DNA of 64,000 bases from Eledone cirrhosa (GCA_964016885.1 OZ024745.1:128774001-128838000), one strand, 5' to 3'. Counted from the stretch's first letter, positions 38,512 through 52,143 are shown. The notes: a model not told the origin generated them from the letters alone. Numbers and translations are program-made.

Positions 38512-39545
38512 CTCTCTCATATATATATAAATATGGGTATGTGTATGTGTGTTTGTCTGTCTAGCCCCCATTACTCCCCTATTATTCTTCGTTATGCAAT
38601 CCTTATCTACTAGCAGTACTTTTCCTCAGTGCTTGTTCTGCCATAGCATATGCCACCACCCTACCAACACCCAGCCTCTTCTCTTGCCCCCCCCCCTTAT
38701 TTCCTCCAAAATTCATATATTTTCAAAGCCTTTATCCCTCTTTACAAACTCATATCATCTGAACCACCTCAAATCCCAGACATTATCTTGATTCTTTACC
38801 CACCCAGCTTCTTTTTGTTGTTTTTCTTTTTGAACTGAACCAATTAATTAACTAGTTTCACTGTAATTAATCTTAATAAGAATACCAGCAGATTAGCTGA
38901 GGTAATTACGTCACATTAGTAGAACTGCAGAATTTATCAGTTGAGAGAAACAGAGAGAGAGAGGGGGGAGAGAGAGATTATGGAAAATTCTAGGAGTTAA
39001 AGACAGGGAGTTAAAGGGAGGGAGAAAGAGATTATGCAAAAGTCTAGGAATTAAAGACAGACAGAGAGAGAGAGAGAGGGGCGGTGGGGTGAGTGAGAGG
39101 AAAGGTCATGGCGGCAGAGAGATAGTGAGAGGAGAACAACAAATAAGAATGACAAAGACCTGAAGAGAAGAGGAAGAGAGAAAGATATAGAGTACTGTAA
39201 GGAAAGGATAAATAGATAGATAGATAGAGAATGTGTTTGTTCCTATGTTATACACACACACACACACACATACACACACACACACATATATGCTTGCATT
39301 GTTTGGTAAATTATATGTAAAGGCATGTGTAATGTGTACGCATTTGTGATCACACTTCATAGCACACAGATGTATGTGTGTGTATATATATATATATATG
39401 TGTGTGTTTGTGTGCGTGTGTAGATCATCATCATCATCTTCGTTTAACGTCCATCTTCCACGCTAACATGGGTTAGGCAGTATATATATATGTATATATA
39501 TGTAGATATGTATTTTCTATGTATATATATGCACGTGTGTGTGTG

Positions 39546-39579
<34 letters not shown>

Positions 39580-40507
39580 ATGCTCATGAACATTCATCTT
39601 CATGGTTGATGGCATGCTTGTGTGTAGTAAGAGGTATGCAAATGAGGGTGTATGGTGGGATCTAGATAGTTGGAGCATCAGACTACAAACATATTGGTGG
39701 TGGTGGTGGTGTTGTTTGGCTTATGTATTCTTGCAGTGGTGGTGGTGGTGGTGGTGTTAGTGGTGTTAATATCGGTGATGTATTGTTGTAATGGTGGCAG
39801 TTATGCTTTCTTTGCAACAACAGTGGTGGTGGTAGTAGTAGTAGTGATGAAGGTGCTGGTAGTAGTAGTAGTAGTTTGGGAATGGTGGTGGTGGTGGTAG
39901 TAACAGTGGTTGTGTTAATGTTAGTAGTAGTAGTAGTGGTATTAGTGATGGCAGTTGTAGTAGTAGTGGTGGTGGTGGTGGTTGTTGGAAATGCAGAACA
40001 AAGATTTTCATGTCGATTACATAACAATTGCAGAAATATAAATAAATACAAAAAGTGATGGAGGTTTTGTGGGTGTTGTTAGGTGGGGTGTATGGTTCTA
40101 ATGTTGTGAGGAGAGTCAAAACATGAATATATGGGTTATAGTATTATGGGAGTGTTTCTAAGTGCCTGTGGGGAAGGAAAGGCAGAAGGAGACATATAGA
40201 GGTAGAAAATGGAAGAATTCATTCAAAAAGAACCCCATCTTTTGAAATTTAATGACCGTCAGGCTTTTTTTTTCCTTTGTTCTTTGATTATTGATATTTA
40301 TTTTATCTGTGTCTGTATGTCTGACATTTTATATGTGGGTATGTATATATATATACATGCACACATTCATGAAAATGTGTGTGTGTGTATATATATAGAG
40401 ATAGATAGTAAGATAGATAGATATATATACACACATACACACACACATAATCATCATCATCATCGTTTTTACATCTGCTTTTCCATGCTTGCACACACAC
40501 ACACATA

Positions 40508-40575
<68 letters not shown>

Positions 40576-40802
40576 TACATATTTATGCATTCACATACAC
40601 AGCACATGTACTTCAAAGATTTTCAGTTTTGTGTGCATGCATTCTGAAGAATTTCATGTATATTGCATATGTGCAAGAAGCTGAAACCATTGTGCATATT
40701 TAGCTAATCCCCATAGGAAAGGTGTAAGCACCACAACTACCTCGTTAAAATACCTCTTTCCAGTGTACATCTTGAAGTTTCATGCCATTGTATGAGGCTG
40801 TA

Positions 40803-40847
<45 letters not shown>

Positions 40848-41871
40848 AGAGAGAGATGTATGCATGTATTAAATATACTGATGAAATTCATTTAATTTGC
40901 CCCCAAAATGTGTGCATTTATTAAAAATTCCAAAATCATTTAAATTTTCTTTTATTTACCTTTTTTTTTAATTTTTAGATTTCATTTCTAAATTTATTTT
41001 CCAGTTTTTATACCATTATTATTATTATTATTATTATTATCATTATTATTTTAAATATGAAATGATTAAAATTTCTCTCTTTTCCCTCAGATGGCTTTTA
41101 AAGTTTCATGTTTTTATTGTCTGCTATTGGTTTCTGGTTTCTAGCATCACTTCAGCTGGTTCTTCATTATTAGATTGGTTAAAATCTTATTTGAATCACC
41201 TGAGATGCTCTTCTTTCCTTCGTTTCTTCTTTCTTTCATTCTTTATTTCCATCTTTCCTTCATTAGTTGTTATTTGTTTCTTCACCTGTTTTGTTTTATT
41301 TTGTTCTCACTATTTTTTCTCTCTCAAAGATTTTATCATTCAATTCCTTTTTACTTATTTATTGTACCTTAAGCTCTGTAATTGAATGTTATTGATGGTA
41401 GTTGTGGTGGTGGGGGAGTCTTTCTACCATTTTGTTCCCAACCTATCTGAAACTGGCTTTGGTTTATGATACAAAAATGCCCATTTTAAAATGTTCATAC
41501 AAATATGAAAATCTTATATCATAATTTTCTGGACTGGAAGCAATTTTTGTTTTGTGCCAAACAGCATCTTACTAATGAAATAGTTATTTAATCAAATTAC
41601 TCCAAATTTTGATTATTTTCTAAATTAATTGAAACAAAATTTTAAAGTGCAACTTCAACTCTTTAAACCACAGTTCTTTTGAGTATCATCGAAGATGTCC
41701 CTCTTAGCTATCTGGCAAACTTTTGCTGAAATTGATAAGGTCTTTGATAAAATAAAACCCTACTAACTAATGTTTGGGCCCTGTTATATTTCATGTTCAA
41801 ATCTTTTTGATGTTGACTTTGGTGGGTTTGATAAAAAATAGTAGCAATAATGTGGATAGTGTGAATAGTGT

Positions 41872-42098
41872 GAAGGTGCATGGCTTAGTGGTGATAGCAT
41901 TGGGCTTGCAATCGAAAGGTTGTGAGTTCAATTCTCAGACCGGGTGATGTGTTGTTTCCTTGAGCAAGACACTTTATTTCACATTGTTCCAGTTTACTCA
42001 GCTGTAGAAATGAGTTGTGGCATCACCTGTGCCAAGCTGTATCGGCCATTGCCTTTCCCTTGGCCATCATCGGTGGCGTGGAGAGGGGAGGCTGGTAC
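41872..42098 (+). mobile_element. CORE-type SINE (family A head, different tail)
   Basis: Head and CORE near-identical to family A; diverges after aaatgag. Confidence 0.82.
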
Positions 42099-42230
42099 CA
42101 ATAAATTTTAAGGTAGATTTCTATTGGTGGTTTCCTCTACCAACTTTTTTGCCTATGTTGTGTGGCATCAATATCATTCAGAGGGTGATGGATTAATACA
42201 ATTGTTAAAGTGTTGCATGAAATGTCTTGA

Positions 42231-42620
42231 GGAGGAACGTGGTCAAGTGGTAAAGGTGTTGGACTTATGGTCATAATGTCATGGGTTCGATTCCTTGTGT
42301 GTTGTGCTCTTGAGCAAAACACTTCATTTCACATTGCTCCACTATACTTAGCTGAAAATGAGTACCAGCAATATCTGGGGGGGGGGGGACTTTTCATTGG
42401 ACTAGTGTCCTGTCTGGGGAGAGTCTTGTACTCTGTCACTTCACGCCATGAAACTGGGATAAGTACCAATCTGATGAGTTTCATGTCTATAGACAGACTT
42501 TAACCATGCGATGGACTGGCATCCTGTCCAGGGGATTGTCTTGTACTCTCAGGCACTTTATGCCATGAAACCAGAATAAGCACCCTGCCTGACAAGCCTC
42601 CTGGCTTAAGACAGACATTA
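42231..42620 (+). mobile_element. Family C SINE with duplicated tail
   Basis: Head, CORE and two tail units. Confidence 0.8.
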
Positions 42621-42707
42621 GACATGAAACTTTAGACCTCGGTTCTAATCATGCTAAAGTCAAGTTTACTTTTCATCCTTATTGTTGTTATTATTGCCTT
42701 AAATGTG

Positions 42708-42896
42708 CAGTGGATTGGCAGAATCGGTAGAGCATTGAACAATATGCTTTACAACATAGTTACAGCCATGTTCTGAGTTCAATTCCTACCGAGTTTAAGC
42801 TTTGCCTTTCATCCTTATGAGGTTGATAAAATAAAGTACCAGTAATGCACTGGGGTAATTGCTGGCCTTGTGCCAAAAGTAGAAACAATTATTATT
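42708..42896 (+). mobile_element. SINE family B
   Basis: Full copy. Confidence 0.85.
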
Positions 42897-43253
42897 AAAG
42901 GAAAATAAATGGTACATACAGGAATTGATTGGACAAAGATCTAAATTGTTGGTGGTCCATAATTCTGTGTAGGTTGTGTCTCAGGAAATGTTGGTGTAGG
43001 GGAAGGTTATATGTTAGTGTAGAGAGCTAGCTGTGTTGTAGATTAGCAATCACAGAATGTTATAGAGTTCAACTAAGCAATGTCAGTACTATAGACATTG
43101 TTTTGTTGGCTTGCCTCGCATACTTCAACTTCCTGGTGCGGATCTGTATAGCTGAATCTACTGCAACATGGTAGTTAATGCTTTTGGTTTGATGCCCAGC
43201 TGCTTTCCCTATCTCTCTCTCTTTCTCAACACACATACACATATCCCTCTATA

Positions 43254-43287
<34 letters not shown>

Positions 43288-43766
43288 CATCTCTCTCTCT
43301 CCATACACATATATTCCTCTATATTTATACATACACTCATATATATATATTTCTCTCTCCTCCTCCTTTTTCTTCCCCCTCTCTCTCTCTCTGTTTCTCT
43401 CTCCCTTTCTTCTCAATTCACTGGTAGCTTCTTCTTCATACAATTTAACATTTGCATATGAAACAAACCATGCACTCAGCTCATACCTCTGTTAATTCAA
43501 TCAGCAACAAAGTCTTACTGCTGTACTGCACCACACCCCTTCATTGCACAGAGAAGGACTTTAATCCATTGCCAACAGTATTCAGCCAACAACTCACTAG
43601 AATTTCTACTTTCTAAATAGAATATCTTGTTGTATTTAGTTATATCATATTAGGATTTAAGTTCAAATCCTGCCACGATTCAATTTTTCCTTTCAGCCTT
43701 CTGGTCTTGATGAAATATACAAGTACTGAGATCAATCCAGTCAGCTATCCCATACACCCTCATACC

Positions 43767-43947
43767 CAGGCATGTCAAACATGCGGCCCTTTACAAGCAC
43801 ACCTGCGGGCCCGCACAAATGTTTTTACAATACGGGCATGTTTTATCTTCGTAAAATTAGTTGTAATGTGTGCAATTAGTTGTTGTGTGTGGCCCTCAGA
43901 CAACACATATGTGGCCCTCGGGAGGGGACACTCAGTTCAAATGCCTG
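43767..43947. mobile_element. hAT-type MITE
   Basis: CAGGCATGTCAAAC...GTTCAAATGCCTG; 8 bp TSD ctcatacc/ctgatacc. Confidence 0.82.
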
Positions 43948-44212
43948 CTGATACCCACATAAATGTTGACCTTTGTCTTGTGTATACCAGAAAACATTAT
44001 CATTACAGTGTGTGTTGTAGCAGTGGATTGGCAGAATCGTTAGAGGCTTCGGTTGAAATGCATTTCAGTATTTCATTACAGCACAGCCCCCTTACGTTCT
44101 GGTTTCAAATCACACTGAGGTCAGATTTGCATTTCATTCTCCCGACTTCAAAATATCATTGCCTTTCTCTTCACCCCAAATTACTAGTTTTGTGCCAACA
44201 TTAGAAAGCATT

Positions 44213-44256
<44 letters not shown>

Positions 44257-44550
44257 TGTGTGTGTGTATAAAAGTATAATTAACGAAGATCGCAGGTATT
44301 AATTCAACGACCTCCAGTCGCCGTCTAGCCCATTCAATGAATCCGCCGAATTGCAGTAATGCAGTTGCAATCAGCTGTTCAAAGTGCACACATTTGGTTA
44401 ATAGCAGGTACCATGGCTGTGTTTTGGTAGCGAGAAAGGTTTCATTCTCAACAAATATTTATATATATAAATTGATGAGCAGAACAAACAAACATTAAAC
44501 AATCCTTTAAATGAATTAAAAAATGATTTAAATATCTACCTGTTCATAAT

Positions 44551-44629
44551 GCTATTACCGGCGGTTTCCATTTACAAAAGATTAGAAATTCAGAGAATTT
44601 CCAACGGAAAGTAAATTTCATCAGATAGC
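44551..44629 (-). ncRNA. Type I hammerhead with extended stem II
   Basis: Minus strand: gctat-CTGATGA-a-atttac...gtaaat-g-GAAA-ccgccggta^atagc. Confidence 0.75.
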
Positions 44630-45294
44630 TATTTCCATTCTATAGGACTTAAGTCCCACGGATATATATATATATAATTGTTGTGAAATATATATAAGCG
44701 TGTGTGTGTGTGTGTGTAAAAAAAAATCTCGGAAAAAGGGCTTTAGTGGAGGGTTTCAGAAATGTTTGGCCTCGAATGTAGATTGCCCATGGCGGGGACA
44801 GGCTTTTTATATGCAGTTTGGACACACATCAACATCCACCATTCAATCATTCTCACCGTATTTATTTATATTTCCCTTGTTTCTCTGAAGCATTCTCCAT
44901 TCTATAAGAATAGAATAATATATCGCAAATGACTGACGGCTAAGTAAGTGACTATCTAGCTACGTAGCTATCAGCTAAATATAAGTATGGCGGAAACAAA
45001 CAGTTTCTCAGTGGCTGGCGAAAAAGGGGTAGGGTTTCCTGCAAAATGTTCAGATGAGCTGAGTTGGTTTTCACCTTGACCCTACTTCCTCTCATCTCTC
45101 TCTCCCCACCCCCACTCTTCTCTCTCTCCAACTATAAACTGGCTCAATACGACCCTTCCCTATCCTACACCGCATCCGAGTTTTGCTATTTTTGTTTCCG
45201 TGTCGTTGTCTCTCTGACAATACACTTGTGTTCGTATATCTACACGTGTGTGTTGTTGTATATGAATGTATGTATGTATATGTACGTTTTTATA

Positions 45295-45366
<72 letters not shown>

Positions 45367-45497
45367 TTTGTCTGTGTGTATGTGTATGGCTGTGTTCGTG
45401 CTATTGTGTAGGTGTTGGTGTATGTATGTGTATGACTGATTTTGTCCGTATATGATACTGATCGTCTTAGTACTATTGTTTTTTGTGTGTACGACTA

Positions 45498-45565
<68 letters not shown>

Positions 45566-45681
45566 GTGTGTGTGTTTGTGCTTTATGTCATATGTCAATC
45601 TAGCTGTGACTATGTATTTATATGTATGTCGTATGTACTGTGTTGTTGTGTAAATGTGATTATGTTGGTAGTGTTGTGATA

Positions 45682-45718
<37 letters not shown>

Positions 45719-45815
45719 CCTTTTGAAATCTGCTGACTATATGAATATATGATTCGGTTTCTGGGAAAGTGAGAGCTCAGCTGTTTTCAAGGAGTGTGTG
45801 ATTATTAACATTAAT

Positions 45816-45855
<40 letters not shown>

Positions 45856-45994
45856 AGTGAGAGAGGCGGGGCTGAAGCTGAGGCTAAAAAGCGGATAGGA
45901 TAAAGAGAAAGAAGCGTGGGTCGATAAATTTGGAAGGCGAGCAGGATTAGAGAGGGGCAGATAGTATTGGATAGGATAGTAGGATGAGTACGTA

Positions 45995-46038
<44 letters not shown>

Positions 46039-46192
46039 CAGGAGTGTAACTTGGAGTTAATGTAGGTTCACCCGGGTGAACACTCTATGTTTAGGTTCAC
46101 TTCAGTGTCGAGGTGTAGAGCTAGACAGAGTGTATTATAGTGAAATAAGATAACAAGGATGATTGGTTACTCCTTCATTACATTTATTGGTT

Positions 46193-46279
46193 GGTGATGC
46201 GCGCGTTTCGCCACTGATCAGCTCAAAGTTCGATCTGTATCGATCTGACCTGACTCTGTAACCCGCGGCTCGTCAGACC
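46193..46279 (-). ncRNA. Type I hammerhead with extended stem II
   Basis: Minus strand: ggt-CTGACGA-gccgc...gtggc-GAAA-cgcgcgcatc^acc, then AATAAA. Confidence 0.75.
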
Positions 46280-46438
46280 CCCTTGTAATGTTAATATATA
46301 CATATATATATATATATATATAAGGCGGCCACCCGGACTGACAACTGCTAATTTTTGGGCCGCCTTCTCGTCTTGGGCATCTCTCTGCTTTTCAGCCCCT
46401 TGGATTCTGTCTATTATATTCCTTTGTTAAATTTCGGA

Positions 46439-46496
46439 ATACCTGATGATGTCACCGGATTCATACTGAACCCGGTCATTGAAATGTTCATAGTAT
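46439..46496 (+). ncRNA. Type I hammerhead ribozyme
   Basis: atac-CTGATGA-tg..accgg..ccggt-catt-GAAA-tgttcata^gtat-AATAAA. Confidence 0.72.
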
Positions 46497-46539
46497 AATA
46501 AACCTTTAAGGAATTACACCAGTCCAACCTCCTGTTATT

Positions 46540-46616
<77 letters not shown>

Positions 46617-46618
46617 TA

Positions 46619-46754
46619 CAACAGTGACATATAAAGTACTTAAGTTTCGCGGAGTTATCACCCCAAGTCATTCAGCCTGTCATAGATATAACAGACTGAA
46701 TGAGTTGGGGTTAATAACCTAACGAAACTTAAATATCTGTACATATCACTGTTG
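46619..46754. ncRNA. Imperfect palindrome with two divergent variant hammerheads (CUGAAUGA core)
   Basis: Plus strand: acaga-CTGAATGA-gttgggg..cctaac-GAAA-cttaaata^tctgt. Minus strand: acagg-CTGAATGA...GAAA-cttaagta. Confidence 0.62.
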
Positions 46755-46909
46755 ATACTAATTATATATAACACACCCTTTAGGAAGAGTGCTCTAACTA
46801 ACCTTTGGATATTTATACCAACTTGTACTACAGTGTATGTGTGTGTGTGTATATATATATATTTCAATGATATTAATAAATGGAAACTATCTTTATAAAA
46901 CCATATTTA

Positions 46910-46966
46910 TTCTATTATATATATTTCAAGGGTACCAAAACTTTGGTATGCTCTCATCAGATAAAA
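46910..46966 (-). ncRNA. Type I hammerhead ribozyme
   Basis: Minus strand: ttttat-CTGATGA-gag..taccaaa/tttggta..ctt-GAAA-tatatata^atagaa, overlapping AATAAA. Confidence 0.8.
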
Positions 46967-47316
46967 TATAAGATTTGTTTTATAAATAGTGACATATCCA
47001 GGAATCAGACCTTAACAGTTCAAGTTCTATATATGGCTTCTACGGGACTAGAACTGATGATGTTTACACTCTACTAATGTATTGAGTACCTCACTAACTG
47101 TGGTTAGCCCCCCCCCCCTGCCCCCGTTGAATCCGACACACACATACACATATATATAAAATATCAGAATGGAAGAAACAGTTAGACCATTGCTTAACAG
47201 AGTACTCGATACTTGGAGTAGTAGAGTGGGTAATATGAAAAATTCGGGACCCTGCCGTTTCAACAGCTAGATCTGAACACACACACACACACACACACAC
47301 ATGTGTGTGTGTGTGT

Positions 47317-47417
47317 GGTTAGAGAATTGGATTCGCAATCGTGAGGTTTTGCGTTCGATTCCTGGACCGGATGATGCATTATGTCCTTGAGCAAGACACT
47401 TTATTTCACGTTGCTCC
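47317..47417 (+). mobile_element. CORE-type SINE fragment
   Basis: B-box-like gttcgattcc plus CORE start. Confidence 0.72.
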
Positions 47418-47500
47418 TACCGATAGATAGTATTAGCAATTGCAAAGACCAACGGAAACATTGTTTCCTCGGTCCGATTTGACGAAAGCCGATCGACTGT

Positions 47501-47562
<62 letters not shown>

Positions 47563-47810
47563 GCGCGTGTGTATGTGTGAATGTATATCAATGTGTGTGT
47601 GTGTACAGAGAGAAGAGTAAACCAGTTTCAGTAAGCTGAGTACTCATATAATGTCATACTCATGATCTACATGAGTACTCCATGTCAGCAATAGGCCTGA
47701 TAATGTAGCCATGTATTTGCCCTTCAATCTTTCGTTAACGAACAATAAATGTAATTTCATTTCCTAAACAAAGACGATCTGAAAGTAAACTACAAATGGA
47801 TTACTTACTT

Positions 47811-47998
47811 TATAATTATTTCTACTTTTGGCACAATGCCATCAATTCACCAGTACATTACTGGTACTTTATTTTATCGACCCCGTAAGGATGAAAGGCA
47901 AAGTTAACCTCGGCGGGATTTGAACTCAGATCATAAAGGGCCATAACTCTATGCTGCAAAGCATGGCGTCCGACTCTCTACCGATACTACCAACCCAC
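47811..47998 (-). mobile_element. SINE family B
   Basis: Full reverse copy. Confidence 0.87.
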
Positions 47999-48141
47999 AA
48001 TGACCCGAATAATGTGTAAGAATGTCACCACTCCCACTATATAATAAGCTAAAGATGTTTGAATATTATCGAAATTAAGTCAAGTCCTATCTAAGTGAGA
48101 CACACATGTGGTGGTAATGGTGGTGGGGGTAGTGGTGGTGG

Positions 48142-48288
48142 TGCTTTGCAGCATAGTTACGGCCCTTTATGGTCTGAGTTCAAATCCTGCCGAGGTTAAC
48201 TTTGCCTTTCACCCTTACGGGGTCGGTAAAATAAAGTACCAGTAATGCACTGGGTATTTGCTGGCCTTGTGCCTAACGTAGAAACAAT

Positions 48289-48290
<2 letters not shown>
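48142..48290 (+). mobile_element. SINE family B, 5'-truncated
   Basis: B box, central domain and tail. Confidence 0.82.
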
Positions 48291-48320
<30 letters not shown>

Positions 48321-48322
48321 TA

Positions 48323-48480
48323 CAGTGAAATTCCGTCATAACGAAATTCACGGAGTATGAAAAAAATTCGTTGTAACGAAAAATTCTTTATAACGAGATC
48401 GACCTTACACATGAAGCATGTGGCCGGGCATTGAACAAAATTTCGTTATAATGGTATTCGTTATAACGGAATTTTACCCA
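48323..48480. mobile_element. Tigger/pogo-like MITE
   Basis: TA|CAGTGAAATTCCGTCATAACGAA...TTCGTTATAACGGAATTTTAC..|TA with internal ataacga sub-repeats. Confidence 0.75.
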
Positions 48481-49019
48481 TATATATATATACTATTTGT
48501 GTGTGTGTGTGCCCGCATATGTTTGCATTGCATAAATGTAATGTGTATGCATGTTTTGTATAAACTGTGTGGTATATAAGCGTGTGTGTGTGTGAGAGAG
48601 AGAGAGAGAGAATGTTATTTCAGCTGGATATCAACCTTAACACACTCTCTAACCACACAACTGTGATGCGGTGAAGAGGCTGCGAGGCTGTTTATTTATG
48701 TCTTATTTTTATTTTTTATTTTTGTTGTCTCACCCTTCTTTCGTTGAAGCAAGACATATAATGGTTCCTTGCCTATGGCTTCTGTTTCACCTACTATTCA
48801 CCCATGAAAATATATCCAATGTCTGCAAGAAAACTCTGACATAGTATATGGTGTAAGTGCTTAAGTCCCGTTACTTAGCTCTGATTTCAGGAGCAAATCC
48901 CTTCGGAGACGAGTAAACCTGCACTTGCACACTAATCTTAGAGGTCATGGCACTTGTTCCTTCACGTATATCTAAGAAATGACCAACATAAGGTTTCTGT
49001 ATTTAAATCTGTTGCAGGT

Positions 49020-49071
<52 letters not shown>

Positions 49072-49750
49072 GCAGTACCTTTAATTAGTTTACGTACCTC
49101 TTGGATCACCTGAAACATTATGCAATATAGGTCTAGGTCAATTTCTTCTCCAAGGGGGCAATCTGTATTTCATCTACTCAAGACTAGGGTTAGGCTCAAG
49201 TAGAGAGAGGTAGACTGTATGTGAATGTACGACAGAGTATATTTATACCCCCCCCCCCACACACACACACGCGCGTACTCACACACACAGGCCTTAATTT
49301 CATGTACATTACCTCATTCTTCCTAGCTGTCGGGGTTTGTGGTGATGGTCTGAAATTGATAGCAGGCTATCAAAGAACGTTACTTGTGCTAGTCTGCTGC
49401 CATACTCTAAATAATTATTTCCCTACATATATCCTTATCTCCTTGAAAACAGAACTAATTATCAATTTTTATGAAAATCTCTTTGCCTCTGAGAATGCAT
49501 GTTTACATTTGCATTTCTATTGTATCACAAGCACAATAAACATATTGCTCAGGGCTCGCTAGAGAAACAGTGGGCTTTGAAAATTGTTTCTGTCATGGTA
49601 AATCTTAACGAGCACTTATCTTTGCTCTCTCTCCTCTTCCTTCACTAGTGATCAAATATTAATGGAAGGATTCCAGTTTGTGCTAGTTACCTCCTGTGTC
49701 TGACATTGCAATATTACTATCAAATTAGAATGAGGGCACCACTCTTCTGT

Positions 49751-50030
49751 GGTGTCGCGTGGCCTCGTGATGTGGGTGTTGGACCTACGATCATAATGTC
49801 GTAGGTTCGATTCCTGGGTTGCGTGCTGTGTTCTTGAGCAAAACACATTTCATTTCATGTTGCTCCAGTATACTCAGCTAAAAATGAGTACCAGCAATAG
49901 CTAGTCGTTTAACTCTGAGATCGACTGGCGTCCTGTCCGGGGGGGGGGGGGGGCTTGTACTCTCAGTTACTTCATGTCATGAAACCGAGAGAAACACCAG
50001 CCCGAGGAACCTCCTGGCTTGAGACAACCT
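49751..50030 (+). mobile_element. Family C SINE
   Basis: B box ggttcgattcc, CORE and tail. Confidence 0.8.
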
Positions 50031-51201
50031 TGAGGCTTTAGACATCACTCTTAAGGCGGGAGTCAATATCGTTAGTTTCGTTGTGGTAATGTGGTATCTT
50101 GTCCGGATGCACTTGAAATACACTGTAGAACTAAGGGTGTAGAGTTTGTTCCACCCTGTCCTGTTTATCCTCTTCTAAAAAATTCTACTTTTAATTATGT
50201 TTTATGAATTCTAAATAAAATTGTCATACAGGATATTAAAATAATTGGTTCAGATTTTAATGTCTAGTGTTTATACCACTACAGTAATATAGATCTAATG
50301 TTTCGTCAAAATTATGGTTTGGTAATGGGTTAGGAAGGGCAGAACTGGCTGTATGGCAAAGTAGAGGAAAGGACTATGAAAGCCACAAAGGAGAGGAACG
50401 GGAGGGGTAAAGCAATGACTCCAGGGCCACAGAAGAAAGAAAGGGTGAAGGGGGTAATGGGTTCTGGACCTAAGGTGTGGTGATGGTGGTGTTGGGACTG
50501 CGCCTCGCGGACAATGGCCAGCGACACCCGCTGCAACGGCCAACCCCACCTCGCGGGGCTCCTTCCTCAGACGCGATGCTGCAAAAACTATTAATAGAAA
50601 GTGTCTCGCGTGTTTCATTCATAGCCATGTCCATAGTCATTTGTACCAAAATAGGAATCTTGTTGACAAGTTAATATAGTTAGATTATTAATATTGGCAA
50701 GCTGATTCCAGCTGCTTTCAATTAATTAATATGTGAATTAATTTTTGTTTTTTCTAAATCATTTAACTGATGTTGGTTGGGGAGCAATGCTTATTGGTAA
50801 TTTCAAGCCTCATCTAAACTAGCTGAATTGAAATATATGACGTTGCTAATTAATGTTCAATATGAATTCTGAAAGATCCGGTCATTTGAAAGGGAGAAGA
50901 AACACGAGACAGGAAGTTGAGTTGTATTAATGCTTCAGTTCTGGGTGAGCAATGAACTGTGTATGATGTAGACACTCACACACGTGTGTGTATGTGTGTC
51001 ACTATACACACACACACACACGAATGCGTGTGCATGTGTGTGTGTGTGTGTATATATATATATGCTTATTGTCCATCTAATTTGTTGATGACCAACTTCT
51101 CAAATTATGGATCCTTTGATGACTGGCTGTGTATCCCAGTTCTTCATGTGCAGTTTCAGTCATGTCTGTATGCGTGTGTTCCCATACACACACACAATAT
51201 G

Positions 51202-51276
<75 letters not shown>

Positions 51277-51301
51277 GGTATGTGTATATATATATATATG
51301 G

Positions 51302-51338
<37 letters not shown>

Positions 51339-51448
51339 TATGTGTATATATATATATATATATGGTATGTGTATATATATATATATATATGGTATGTGTA
51401 TATATATATATATATATATGGTATGTGTATATATATATATATATATGG

Positions 51449-51481
<33 letters not shown>

Positions 51482-51510
51482 GGTATGTGTATATATATAT
51501 ATATATATGG

Positions 51511-51543
<33 letters not shown>

Positions 51544-51572
51544 GGTATGTGTATATATATATATATATATGG

Positions 51573-51605
<33 letters not shown>

Positions 51606-51632
51606 GGTATGTGTATATATATATATATATGG

Positions 51633-51685
<53 letters not shown>

Positions 51686-51953
51686 TGTGCGTATGTATAT
51701 ATATATATAAATATATGTGTGTATATATATTGACCCTTTGCCCTGTTGCTTGGCAACATATCAAACTGGCAAATTGCCTCTTGACATTAATCTTGTAACA
51801 GGCTTACCGGAACGTTTTTTAAATTTTTTATCCTCAGGTCTTCTCTGATCGAATGGATTTAGATTTAAAGGCATTCCAGCTGTGACCATCCTGTCTTTTT
51901 CTCTCTAAACATAGTTTTTGTAGGATTGCATTAATGTAATTTATTATTATTAT

Positions 51954-52143
51954 GGTGGATTGGCAGTATCGGTAGAGGGTCGGACGCCATGCTTTCCAGC
52001 ATAGATTTACGGCCCTTGCCATTCTGAGTTCAAATCCCGCCGAGGTTAACTTTTCCTTTCATCCTTACAGGGTCGGTAAAATAAAGTATCAGTAATACAC
52101 TGGGATAATTGCTGGCTTTGTGCCAAAAGTAGAAACAATTATT
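51954..52143 (+). mobile_element. SINE family B
   Basis: Full copy. Confidence 0.88.

Noticed and set aside
40638-40700. CTGAAGA...GAAAC motif
   Set aside because: No valid NUH site or stem I pairing; other lone CTGANGA hits (8475, 14603, 40878, 47054) also fail.
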